Shown here in pieces: positions 1 through 7,321 of a DNA stretch of 24,000 bases (position 1 is the first letter of the stretch; every line of letters begins with the position of its first letter). The stretch comes from Candidatus Woesearchaeota archaeon. GTDB taxonomy: Archaea > Nanobdellota > Nanobdellia > Woesearchaeales > GW2011-AR9. The translations under genes were made by a program, and so were the position numbers. The DNA lies in the NCBI GenBank assembly GCA_018696595.1, contig JABHQW010000002.1:74128-98127 (forward strand), written 5' to 3'. The notes under the pieces were generated by a model, which saw nothing but the letters and a program-made list of their open reading frames with translations, was not told the origin of the DNA and made no database searches.

Positions 1-447
1 GTTGGAACTTTAACTAGAAAACTTTCTCAGAAAGTTTTACCTAAAGGAAGAGTTTATGCTTTTGATTTTATTGAGCATAATGTTAGGGTTGCTTTATCTC
101 ATATGAAGAGACACGGACATGTTAACTTTTACCACCATAAACATTTAGATCATTTTAAAACAACTATCAAATTGCCGAAGATGGATGCTTTAGTTTCTAC
201 TGGTTCTTTGTCTTATATGCAAAAGCCACAAAATGTTTTGAACCATTTAGGTAAGCATGTCAAGAAAGGTGGCCGAGTTGTATTCTTAGATTACGATCAG
301 TTCTTTTTCTTTATTCCTAATGTGCCCTGGATTAGTGATGAGAAAAAACTTAAAAAGATGTTTAAGATTGCTAGTTTTGAAGTTGAAGTTATTAAGAAAC
401 GCGGATTGTTATGGAGACATATCTTTATTCATGGTAAGAAAGTTTAA
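1..447 (+). CDS. SAM-dependent methyltransferase-like domain; 3' part of a gene that starts upstream of the window (probably a third APC-permease/methyltransferase paralog)
   Basis: Frame 1 is open from nt 1 (VGTLTRKLSQKVLPKGRVYAFDF...) and is in frame with tracked ORF 103..447. It aligns along its whole length with the C-terminal 150 aa of 3929..6004: GTLTRKL, SLSYMQKPQNVL vs MLSYMQNPLKVL, GGRVVFLDYDQFFFFIPNV vs GADVVFLDYDKFFYFIPNV, KRGLLW, terminal GKKV vs GKRV. Confidence 0.8.
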   Translation, partial: VGTLTRKLSQKVLPKGRVYAFDFIEHNVRVALSHMKRHGHVNFYHHKHLDHFKTTIKLPKMDALVSTGSLSYMQKPQNVLNHLGKHVKKGGRVVFLDYDQFFFFIPNVPWISDEKKLKKMFKIASFEVEVIKKRGLLWRHIFIHGKKV

Positions 448-490
448 ATACTATTAAACAATAATTATTATTACAAAAAGAGGTAATAAA

Positions 491-2824
491 GTGGTGAGAA
501 ACAAATTAGACAAAATAATACAACTATTAATCCCTCCCTCATTAGTTCTCCTTCTTGTTGTTACTATCATTGAACTTTTTTATGGTGTTGGTAAATCTAT
601 GTCAATATTTATTGATATTTTTGATGTCTATGTGATTATTATTTTTGCTATTGATTTGTATTACCGATGGTTTGAAACTCCACGCTTTTGGCCTTATATT
701 AAAAAACACATTCTTGATATTATTGCTACTATCCCTTTCAACTTAATTTTTTTAGGAATTGAAGCACTCGCTTTAATAAGAGCGTTAAGGGGTGTTCGTA
801 TTATTGCTAGAATTGTTAAGTTTGCACGATTTGCACGTTATGGTCGTTTATTAAGATTATTAAGATTTGGTGCAAGAGCACCGAGATTTATTAGGGTAAG
901 AAAGCAAGTAAAAAAAGGTAAAATTCGTAAAGTTCAACCGCACGAAAAAGAGTTGAAGAAAACATTGAGTTTTAAAGTAATCCTCCTAATCACAATTAAC
1001 TCCATTATGGGTACTGGTATTTGGTTCCTTACTTCTGCAGGAGCTAAACATGCTGGTCCCGCTTCTTTAGTTTCTTGGGGTGTATTGTCTTTAATTTCTG
1101 TTTATATTGCGATGTGTTTTGGAGAATTAGTTTCTATGTTTCCAAAAGCAGGTGGCGTTTATGAGTTTGCTAAACAAGCTTACGGTAGATTTTGGAGTTT
1201 CGTTATTGGTTGGACCACATCTATTGCTGGAAGTGTAACTATTGCTATGCTTCTTTTAGGTGCGTTACAATATCTTATTCCTCTTAAATATTCTTTTACC
1301 TATATCCCTATTGCAATTTTTTTAATTATTGCTTTCAGTTATGTAGCATTTAGGGGGATGCAAACTTCAACCGTTGTTTTGGTGACCTTTGCAATCATTA
1401 CTTTAACTGCGGTTGTTTCAATTATCATTCCTGGATTTATTAATTTTAAACCGGGCAATCTTGATCCTTTCTTTGTTTTCCCAGCAATGAATGTCTTGTT
1501 AGCAATATTCTTTATTGCGGAAACTTTCTTTGGTTGGGAAAGTGCTATTTTTCTTTCTGCTGAAACAAAAAATCCTTCTAAAATAATGCCTAAGGCGTTA
1601 ATTTACGGAACTCTTATTATTGCGGTTTTGTCTTTCTTTTTAGCTCTTACAGCTATGGGTACTATTCCCTGGGCAGAATTTTCAGAATCTGTAGCACCAC
1701 TAAAAGATTTAGGAAGCGTCCATTTTGGAAATATTGGGGGGATAATCTTTGCAATATTGATTTTTATTTCTGTAATTGGTGCTACTGCAGGTTGGATTGT
1801 AACTGCACCAAGATTATTAATGTCTATTGCTGAAGATAAATTATTTTTCACTCAATTTGCAAAAATTCATCCCAAACATAAAAGCCCTTACGTTTCAATA
1901 ATTTTTCAAGTTTTAGTTGTTTCAACTTTAGTTATTGTTGGGGCTGGTTCGTATGAAACTTTATTGCATATGCTAATTCCTTTAATTTTGGTTGTCTATT
2001 CTGCTGTCTTGTTAAGTCTCGTTATTTTACGTTTTAAAAGACCAGAATTAAAACGACCTTACAAAGTTATTTTTGGAAAAGTTGGCCCTCTTATCACGAT
2101 GCTGTTTATGGTTTTTCTATTAATAATGTTTATTAAAGAAACTCATAGTGCTTTTGACATCTTGAGGATTTCTGCTGGTTTAGTTGCTTTTGGTATCCCT
2201 GCTTATTTCGCAATTGAATTATTTTATGATAAGAAATATGTTACTCTTAGAAGAAATTTGATGGCTAAGTTATCACATCATTATAATAAATTTCCTTTAA
2301 CTAAAATGACATTTAATAAAATAATTTCTTTAGTTGGACCATTTAATAAGAAATCTTCTCTTATGGTTTATAATTCTCCAATGGGGGCTTTTACTCAAAA
2401 AATTGTTAAATCTAAAATTCCTTTCCGTAAAATAATTATTGCCAATCAGTCAAAAGAAGAAATTAAAGTTTTCAAAGAAAAAATTTCTTCTGAAAATAGA
2501 AAACATATTGGTGTGCATTTGTTGAGAAAATTAAGTGTCCCTGTAAATGTGGGGAAAGTAAATGCTTTTGTTTCATTTAATAGTTTAGGACATGTTAAAG
2601 ACGTAGCTGGGTTTGTTCACAATGTAAAGAAAGTTCTTAATAAAAAAGGCAAGTTCTGTTTTTATGTTAAAAACAATTTTCTGAATATGACTCCTAATGC
2701 TTTATTAGTTGAAGATAAGAAAAAGATGCTGGCTTTGTTTAAGAAAGAAAAATTAGTGGTAACTTATAACAAAAAAAGAAGATTGTTTAAGACAGAAATA
2801 TTTATTTGTGGTAAAAAAGTTTAA
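491..2824 (+). CDS. Three-domain membrane protein: N-terminal voltage-sensor-like (S1-S4, no pore) domain + APC-superfamily amino-acid/polyamine permease + C-terminal degenerate methyltransferase-like domain
   Basis: 777-codon ORF with a GTG start 6 nt after GAGGT (480-484). The S4-like helix RALRGVRIIARIVKFARFARYGRLLRLLRF has a basic residue at about every third position, and the S3-like segment is KHILDIIATIPFNLIFL. APC motifs are GGVYEFAKQAYG, SAETKNPSKIMPKAL and KIHPKHKSPY. The C-terminal ~160 aa are homologous to the MTase domains at 1..447 and 5534..6001, but the SAM motifs are altered. Confidence 0.85.
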   Translation: MVRNKLDKIIQLLIPPSLVLLLVVTIIELFYGVGKSMSIFIDIFDVYVIIIFAIDLYYRWFETPRFWPYIKKHILDIIATIPFNLIFLGIEALALIRALRGVRIIARIVKFARFARYGRLLRLLRFGARAPRFIRVRKQVKKGKIRKVQPHEKELKKTLSFKVILLITINSIMGTGIWFLTSAGAKHAGPASLVSWGVLSLISVYIAMCFGELVSMFPKAGGVYEFAKQAYGRFWSFVIGWTTSIAGSVTIAMLLLGALQYLIPLKYSFTYIPIAIFLIIAFSYVAFRGMQTSTVVLVTFAIITLTAVVSIIIPGFINFKPGNLDPFFVFPAMNVLLAIFFIAETFFGWESAIFLSAETKNPSKIMPKALIYGTLIIAVLSFFLALTAMGTIPWAEFSESVAPLKDLGSVHFGNIGGIIFAILIFISVIGATAGWIVTAPRLLMSIAEDKLFFTQFAKIHPKHKSPYVSIIFQVLVVSTLVIVGAGSYETLLHMLIPLILVVYSAVLLSLVILRFKRPELKRPYKVIFGKVGPLITMLFMVFLLIMFIKETHSAFDILRISAGLVAFGIPAYFAIELFYDKKYVTLRRNLMAKLSHHYNKFPLTKMTFNKIISLVGPFNKKSSLMVYNSPMGAFTQKIVKSKIPFRKIIIANQSKEEIKVFKEKISSENRKHIGVHLLRKLSVPVNVGKVNAFVSFNSLGHVKDVAGFVHNVKKVLNKKGKFCFYVKNNFLNMTPNALLVEDKKKMLALFKKEKLVVTYNKKRRLFKTEIFICGKKV

Positions 2825-2831
2825 TGAAAGT

Positions 2832-2839
2832 TTTATAAA
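2832..2839 (+). promoter_or_regulatory. Archaeal TATA box (gaaagTTTTATAAAt) for the 2898 gene
   Basis: TTTATAAA preceded by purine-rich BRE-like gaaag. The same 15-mer pattern recurs at 8691-8705. It lies about 60 nt upstream of ATG 2898, which has its own GGAGG (2884-2888). Confidence 0.5.
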
Positions 2840-2897
2840 TAAAATCGTTTTTAAGAAATAAAGAGACTGATTCTGATGTTGGTGGAGGGAAGTAAAA

Positions 2898-3248
2898 ATG
2901 GTAAAATTAACTTATATTGAAAAAAAAGGATTTACTCAGAACAACCGTTATGACGCTGGAGTTCAAGCTATTAAGGCTACTGGTGTATTGGAAGCTTTTT
3001 ATAATTTATTGCCTAGTCATGATCAAAGAGGATTTAATATTTCTTCTGGTATCGTTGATACTCTCCCTTCTTACTTTGCGGTTCCTATCAAACGAAAATT
3101 AGAAAAAAGTTTTAACCCTAATATACATCCGCAGGATCCAGTAATTGCGGTTGCTGATTACAGATTAAATGAAAGAATTAATCTCAATCCAGAAGAAAAC
3201 CAAACTCTTGATAAATTAATGGAAGGAATAAGTATGGTGCCATTGTAA
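2898..3248 (+). CDS. Hypothetical protein (116 aa), embedded in the permease cluster
   Basis: ORF with GGAGG 9 nt upstream and an upstream TATA box. I recognise no motif. Confidence 0.55.
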   Translation: MVKLTYIEKKGFTQNNRYDAGVQAIKATGVLEAFYNLLPSHDQRGFNISSGIVDTLPSYFAVPIKRKLEKSFNPNIHPQDPVIAVADYRLNERINLNPEENQTLDKLMEGISMVPL

Positions 3249-3256
3249 TCTTTCAT

Positions 3257-3835
3257 CTACTTTTTATTTTTGTTTTTCTTCAAATTTCTTTTCTCTAGAA
3301 CTTTTGTATGTTTCTTCTGATACTCTGGTTTGTGTCTATGAACATGATGTGTGACTTTTGTAAACAATCTTGATTTGGTAACAATTCTTAATGATCGAGC
3401 AGCTAATCTAATATACTTAGCAATTTTCTGACTTCTACTTAAGGCAGAGATGCCTTTTCTTGCTTCTAATGACTCATGTAATATTGCTTGACTAATGGTG
3501 TATTTTCCAGCAGTTGCAGCGACTCGCCAAACTCGACTTACAATAGTAAATACAATCACTAGGGGGACAACTGCGACTATATCTAACCAGTAACTTTTGA
3601 AAAAGAATTTCCAGGTTTTAGCTTTGATTGCCAAGAAGATCAAATCAATGACAAAGATGACGATGATAAAGTAATCTAATGCCACAATCGGTGTATGGTA
3701 AAGTTCAACAAAATGATGAACTGATTCGTTAAAGTACCCGATGACTTCTAAAACGATAATTATCAGCAAACCCACAATCGCTGCTGGAATTAACTTGGCA
3801 TTCCAATGTTCAACCTTTTCCCAAAAATTATTCAT
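3257..3835 (-). CDS. Free-standing voltage-sensor-like 4-TM protein (ion-transport S1-S4 module without pore), 192 aa
   Basis: I place the start at the internal ATG (3835, MNNFWEKVEHW...), because the longer tracked ORF would overlap the divergent gene and swallow the promoter. A TATA box on the minus strand sits about 26 nt upstream, giving a leaderless layout. The S3-like segment is SYWLDIVAVVPLVIVF, followed by basic S4-like stretches SRVWRVAATAGK and KYIRLAARSLRIVTKSRLFTK. No GYG/pore region is present. Confidence 0.7.
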   Translation of the reverse strand: MNNFWEKVEHWNAKLIPAAIVGLLIIIVLEVIGYFNESVHHFVELYHTPIVALDYFIIVIFVIDLIFLAIKAKTWKFFFKSYWLDIVAVVPLVIVFTIVSRVWRVAATAGKYTISQAILHESLEARKGISALSRSQKIAKYIRLAARSLRIVTKSRLFTKVTHHVHRHKPEYQKKHTKVLEKRNLKKNKNKK

Positions 3836-3857
3836 AGAAGAAAGTAATTTTTTTAGG

Positions 3858-3865
3858 TATATAAA
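3858..3865 (-). promoter_or_regulatory. TATA box (minus strand TTTATATA) for the 3835 VSD-like gene
   Basis: The minus strand reads aaaaTTTATATAc, centred about 26 nt upstream of ATG 3835. This matches the leaderless spacing seen at other genes in the window. Confidence 0.5.
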
Positions 3866-3882
3866 TTTTGTCCTGTGATAAC

Positions 3883-3891
3883 TTTTATAAA
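3883..3891 (+). promoter_or_regulatory. TATA box (cTTTTATAAAt) for the 3929 permease-methyltransferase gene
   Basis: It lies back-to-back with the minus-strand box in the 93-bp divergent intergenic region. The predicted start site near 3912-3915 leaves a short leader containing AGAGG (3918-3922), 6 nt before ATG 3929. Confidence 0.5.
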
Positions 3892-3928
3892 TGATAGAAC
3901 AATAGTTAACTATGAAAAGAGGCATGAG

Positions 3929-6004
3929 ATGAAACTTAAACAGTTCTGGCAGTATTTAGTTACGGATAGTTCTAAGAAGAAGAAAGTTACAACTCTAACT
4001 TCTAATAAATCTATTTCTACTAAAACTGTAACTGTAAAAAGGCATCAATCTACCGCAAAAAGACTTCTCTCATCACCGGTTGTACTATTTATTTTAATTA
4101 ACTCTATCTTAGGGAGCTCATTATTTTACCTCCCCAGCCTAGGAGTTGTTTCTTCTGGGGCGGCATCACTTATTGCTTGGATTCTATTATTTGCTCTTTC
4201 AACATTTATGATGCTTTACGTTTCTGAATTAATTACTTTACATCCTACCTCAGGTGGAACTTACGAGTTCTGTAAACGAGCTTACGGAAGACAAATCTCT
4301 TTTTTTGCTGGCTGGATTATTTGGATTGCTGGAAATTTCGGAATGGCTCTTAATGTAGTGGCGGCTTCTGAATACTTTATCCCAGATACTTATTCTTACT
4401 ACTTCATTTTACGACTAGTTTTTGCAGCAATCTGGATTCTTGTTCTTAACTTTATGGCTTTTAGAGGAATAGATGCGGGAGCAACAATGTTAGTTGTTTT
4501 CGGAATTTTAACTGTGGTTGTAGTGATTGCAATGATCTTACCTTCTTTCATTGACATTCCTACTTTGTTTCAAGGAAGTTTAACCAGCCCATTTCAATTA
4601 GAAATGATGCAACCTTTCTTCCGTCATACTGGATTAGGAATATTTAGTTTCTTACTTCTCTCGGTTTTCTTAATCGCGGAAGCATTCTTTGGTTTTGAAA
4701 CAGTAAGTTATATGGCTAACGAAGTTAAAGATAAAAAGAATTTACCAAAAATAATGATTTCTGCAATGGTCATTTGTGGTGTTATCATGACGATTTATCT
4801 GTTAAGTTCGTTGGGGACAGTTTCTTATCATGATTATGTTAGTGATGCTCGGCCTTGGGCAGTACAGGCATTAAACAATATGGGCAGTTTAGGACAGAAC
4901 TTTGTTGTTTTTGGTATGTACCTAGTAATTATTGGTGCGGCAGCAGCGTGGCCAATTGCTAGTTCAAGATTGATTAGGGCGATGTCTAGCGATAAATTGT
5001 TTTTGAAACATTTCTCAAAGTTACATCCAAAACACAAATCTCCTTATCGTGCAGTTTATTTTCAAACAATCATAATTTTCTTATTTGCTTGGTTTATTTT
5101 TCGTGGATATATTGTTAAATGGGGTGATCCATATCGGACCATTTACTTAATCTACTTATTACTAAGTTTAATTGTACTATCACTTGTCCTTTTTGCAGTT
5201 CCTATCTTGAGGAAGAAAGAAGCACATTTGAAAAGAACATTTAAGGCGCCATTACCTTGGCTTGGTCCAATATTCTTTGTTGGTCTTTTTGTTTTCATGA
5301 TTATTAATTGGATCAGAATTGAAGGTGGTGTAGCAACGTCTGTAATTTTAATGGCAGGGTCATTTGTTGTTTTAGGAATTCCATTTTATTTCTTAGTGGA
5401 AATGTTTTACAATCCTAAGGCTATCATCTCAGTTAATGAAAGGTTATCTTATTTTGTAGTTATTGGAGAAAAATTATTTTTTCCTTTTACTATTAGAAAC
5501 AGATTGATTAAAGACCTAAAAACTTTGCGAGGGAAGTCTGTTTTAGAGTATGGTTGTTCTTTCGGAACACTAACTCGGAAGTTGGCAAAGAAAGTTACTT
5601 CTACTGGAAAAATTTACGCGACAGATTTATCTTTACACAAAGTTAAGATTGCTGATCAAAGAACAAAACGAATCAAGCATGTTTTTGTTCATCATCATCC
5701 TCATTTGAGTGATTTCAAATTGAAATTGCCTCAGAAGGTTGATAACGTGCTCTCTGTGGGGATGTTATCTTACATGCAGAATCCTTTGAAAGTATTGTCA
5801 AGTTTAGCGAAGCGAGTAAAAAGGGGTGCTGACGTAGTATTCTTGGATTATGATAAATTCTTTTACTTTATTCCTAACGTGAAGTGGATTGAAGAAGATA
5901 AAAAGCTAATTGCTTTATTCAAACGAGCGGGTTACAAAGTCAAAGTAGAAAGAAAACGTGGTTTATTATGGACTTATGTTATTATTAGTGGAAAAAGAGT
6001 TTAA
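3929..6004 (+). CDS. APC-superfamily amino-acid/polyamine permease fused to a C-terminal class-I SAM-dependent methyltransferase domain
   Basis: I place the start at ATG 3929 (MKLKQFWQYL), which has an SD; the tracked 3875 start overlaps the divergent gene. APC motifs are SGGTYEFCKRAYG, FFGFETVSYMANEVKDKKNLPKIM and KLHPKHKSPY. The MTase domain (5534-6001) shows motif I VLEYGCSFGTLT, an acidic beta-2 end IYATDLS, and GADVVFLDYD. Confidence 0.85.
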   Translation: MKLKQFWQYLVTDSSKKKKVTTLTSNKSISTKTVTVKRHQSTAKRLLSSPVVLFILINSILGSSLFYLPSLGVVSSGAASLIAWILLFALSTFMMLYVSELITLHPTSGGTYEFCKRAYGRQISFFAGWIIWIAGNFGMALNVVAASEYFIPDTYSYYFILRLVFAAIWILVLNFMAFRGIDAGATMLVVFGILTVVVVIAMILPSFIDIPTLFQGSLTSPFQLEMMQPFFRHTGLGIFSFLLLSVFLIAEAFFGFETVSYMANEVKDKKNLPKIMISAMVICGVIMTIYLLSSLGTVSYHDYVSDARPWAVQALNNMGSLGQNFVVFGMYLVIIGAAAAWPIASSRLIRAMSSDKLFLKHFSKLHPKHKSPYRAVYFQTIIIFLFAWFIFRGYIVKWGDPYRTIYLIYLLLSLIVLSLVLFAVPILRKKEAHLKRTFKAPLPWLGPIFFVGLFVFMIINWIRIEGGVATSVILMAGSFVVLGIPFYFLVEMFYNPKAIISVNERLSYFVVIGEKLFFPFTIRNRLIKDLKTLRGKSVLEYGCSFGTLTRKLAKKVTSTGKIYATDLSLHKVKIADQRTKRIKHVFVHHHPHLSDFKLKLPQKVDNVLSVGMLSYMQNPLKVLSSLAKRVKRGADVVFLDYDKFFYFIPNVKWIEEDKKLIALFKRAGYKVKVERKRGLLWTYVIISGKRV

Positions 6005-6009
6005 GAAAT

Positions 6010-7074
6010 TTATTTTCTTTTCTTTTTCTTTACTACTTTTTTTTTAATAACTTTCTTGGCAGTTTTCTTTTTGAGAGTTTTCTTCTTTACTGGTTTCTTT
6101 TTAGCAACTTTTTTTACTGTCTTTTTCTTTGTTACTTTCTTTTTAGCTACCTTTTTCTTGACAGGTTTTGTTACAACTTTCTTTTTAGAAGATTCTTTCT
6201 TACTAAAACTTACACTTTTCTTAGCAGCTAAATTTAATTTCTCTAAATCTTCAACAATATCAGAAGCAATGAAACAGTAACCTTTTTTTCTCTTCAATAA
6301 TTGGTCGCCAACCCAGCCATTAACATAACTTGCCGCAACTGCACTTTTAAACAAGTCTCTTGTCTTAGATAAAAATCCCACTGCTAGACCCGCTAAAACA
6401 TCTCCTGTGCCAGCTTTAGTCATTCCTTGATTGCCAGTTCTATTGTAAGCAACTTTATTTCTTGAAATAATTATATCTGTGGCTCCTTTCAGAAGTAGAA
6501 CATTATTGTTTTGTAAAAAGTAACGTAAGTTTCCTTGCAGAATATCTGCTTTTTCTTTAGCATTAGCTGATTTTAGTTTTGGTAACAGAAACTCTTTGCC
6601 ACTGTTAGCTAACATCATTTCTAATTCTGCTTCGTGTGGAGTAATGATAGAATTGTTGAAATCTTTAAATGACATTGATTTTAATGCATCAGCATCAACA
6701 ACTTTTAATCGTGGTGATTTTCTGATAAAATATTGGCTGAACTTGTCTGCTTTTCTGGTAATACCATTGCCTAAACAAATTGCATCAAATAATTCTGCAT
6801 ACTTAACCATTTCTTTTGCGTTTTTAATATTAAAATTACTGCCTTTGATTTTGTGAGTTATTAAATCTGGAGAGTAAGAGTTAATTATCCAAGCAACCTT
6901 TTCTGGGGCTGCAATCGTTACTGAATCACAACCAGCTCTTAGTGCTGCTAATCCTGCAAGGGCTGGAGCACCAACATAATCTTCAGAACCGCCAATAATT
7001 AAGGCATAACCATTTTCTCCTTTAGAAGAATTTTTCTTTCTGTCCATTAACTTTTTCACTTGATTAAGATTCAT
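6010..7074 (-). CDS. nnrD: ADP/ATP-dependent NAD(P)H-hydrate dehydratase-like (YjeF C-terminal / carbohydrate-kinase fold) with a ~70-aa lysine-rich C-terminal tail
   Basis: The N-terminus KGENGYALIIGGSEDYVGAPALAGLAALRAGCD and the motif AGTGDVLAGL are characteristic of the YjeF_C family. GAGGT lies 6 nt upstream of ATG 7074. The tail is KKESSKKKVVTKPVKKKVAKKKVTKKK...KKKKRK. Confidence 0.7.
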   Translation of the reverse strand: MNLNQVKKLMDRKKNSSKGENGYALIIGGSEDYVGAPALAGLAALRAGCDSVTIAAPEKVAWIINSYSPDLITHKIKGSNFNIKNAKEMVKYAELFDAICLGNGITRKADKFSQYFIRKSPRLKVVDADALKSMSFKDFNNSIITPHEAELEMMLANSGKEFLLPKLKSANAKEKADILQGNLRYFLQNNNVLLLKGATDIIISRNKVAYNRTGNQGMTKAGTGDVLAGLAVGFLSKTRDLFKSAVAASYVNGWVGDQLLKRKKGYCFIASDIVEDLEKLNLAAKKSVSFSKKESSKKKVVTKPVKKKVAKKKVTKKKTVKKVAKKKPVKKKTLKKKTAKKVIKKKVVKKKKRK

Positions 7075-7094
7075 TTGCTTACCTCTTTTTTAAA
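7071..7094 (-). repeat. Direct repeat copy 1: SD/start region of the 7074 gene (minus strand TTTAAAAAAGAGGTAAGCAAATGA)
   Basis: Nearly identical to 7128-7150; it contains the real SD and ATG. Confidence 0.8.
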
Positions 7095-7113
7095 CTACGA
7101 TTTAAAAAAAGGT

Positions 7114-7134
7114 CAAAAGGAATTTGTTCCTTTG
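7114..7134 (-). promoter_or_regulatory. Small hairpin between the two leader repeats
   Basis: AAAGGAA (7116-7122) pairs with TTCCTTT (7127-7133) around a 4-nt loop. The 3' arm overlaps repeat copy 2. Confidence 0.4.
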
Positions 7135-7150
7135 CTTACCTCTTTTTAAA
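7128..7150 (-). repeat. Direct repeat copy 2: duplicated SD/leader with the start codon replaced (minus strand TTTAAAAAGAGGTAAGCAAAGGA)
   Basis: It differs from copy 1 only by one T/A in the homopolymer run and ATG->AGG. It lies 57 nt upstream (minus-strand sense) of copy 1. Confidence 0.8.
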
Positions 7151-7291
7151 TACCTTTGATTTTTAATTATGTTATTTATAAAGTAGGCTAGTTTTTGAGG
7201 TTTATTAATCTTTGTAATTATTAAAGGGTAGATAATCTTCTTTTTTATTGTATTTAGGGTTATTATTTGTATTTGTTTGAAGAACGATAAC

Positions 7292-7299
7292 AATATAAA
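7292..7299 (+). promoter_or_regulatory. TATA-like box (AATATAAA) for leaderless gene 7322
   Basis: Centred about 26 nt upstream of ATG 7322, with no SD in between. Confidence 0.4.
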
Positions 7300-7321
7300 C
7301 TTCTTTTAGATTTCTAATAGA

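Noticed and set aside
1603-1851. Antisense and out-of-frame ORFs nested in long genes (1603..1851, 2917..3102, 4834..5037, 6596..6856, 10815..11003, 11950..12138, 13222..13404, 13244..13459, 13776..14003, 18668..18850, 20111..20332, 21888..22139)
   Set aside because: Each is wholly contained in a longer ORF with clear homology or motifs. They have no independent start signals, and their composition is typical of shadow frames.
3836-3928. Longer N-terminal extensions of both divergent ORFs (tracked as 3257..3925 minus and 3875..6004 plus)
   Set aside because: The extensions overlap each other and cover both TATA boxes. The internal ATGs (3835 and 3929) have proper promoter/SD spacing and begin the conserved parts.
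6010-6280. Periodic CTTTTTCTT-type repeats that look like a tandem repeat or array, and the Phe-rich 74-aa plus-strand ORF 6056..6280
   Set aside because: The periodicity is the antisense image of the AAA/AAG lysine codons of the NnrD-like tail. The repeat units are imperfect and lack a spacer structure, so this is not a CRISPR or satellite array, and the plus-strand ORF is an antisense artefact.
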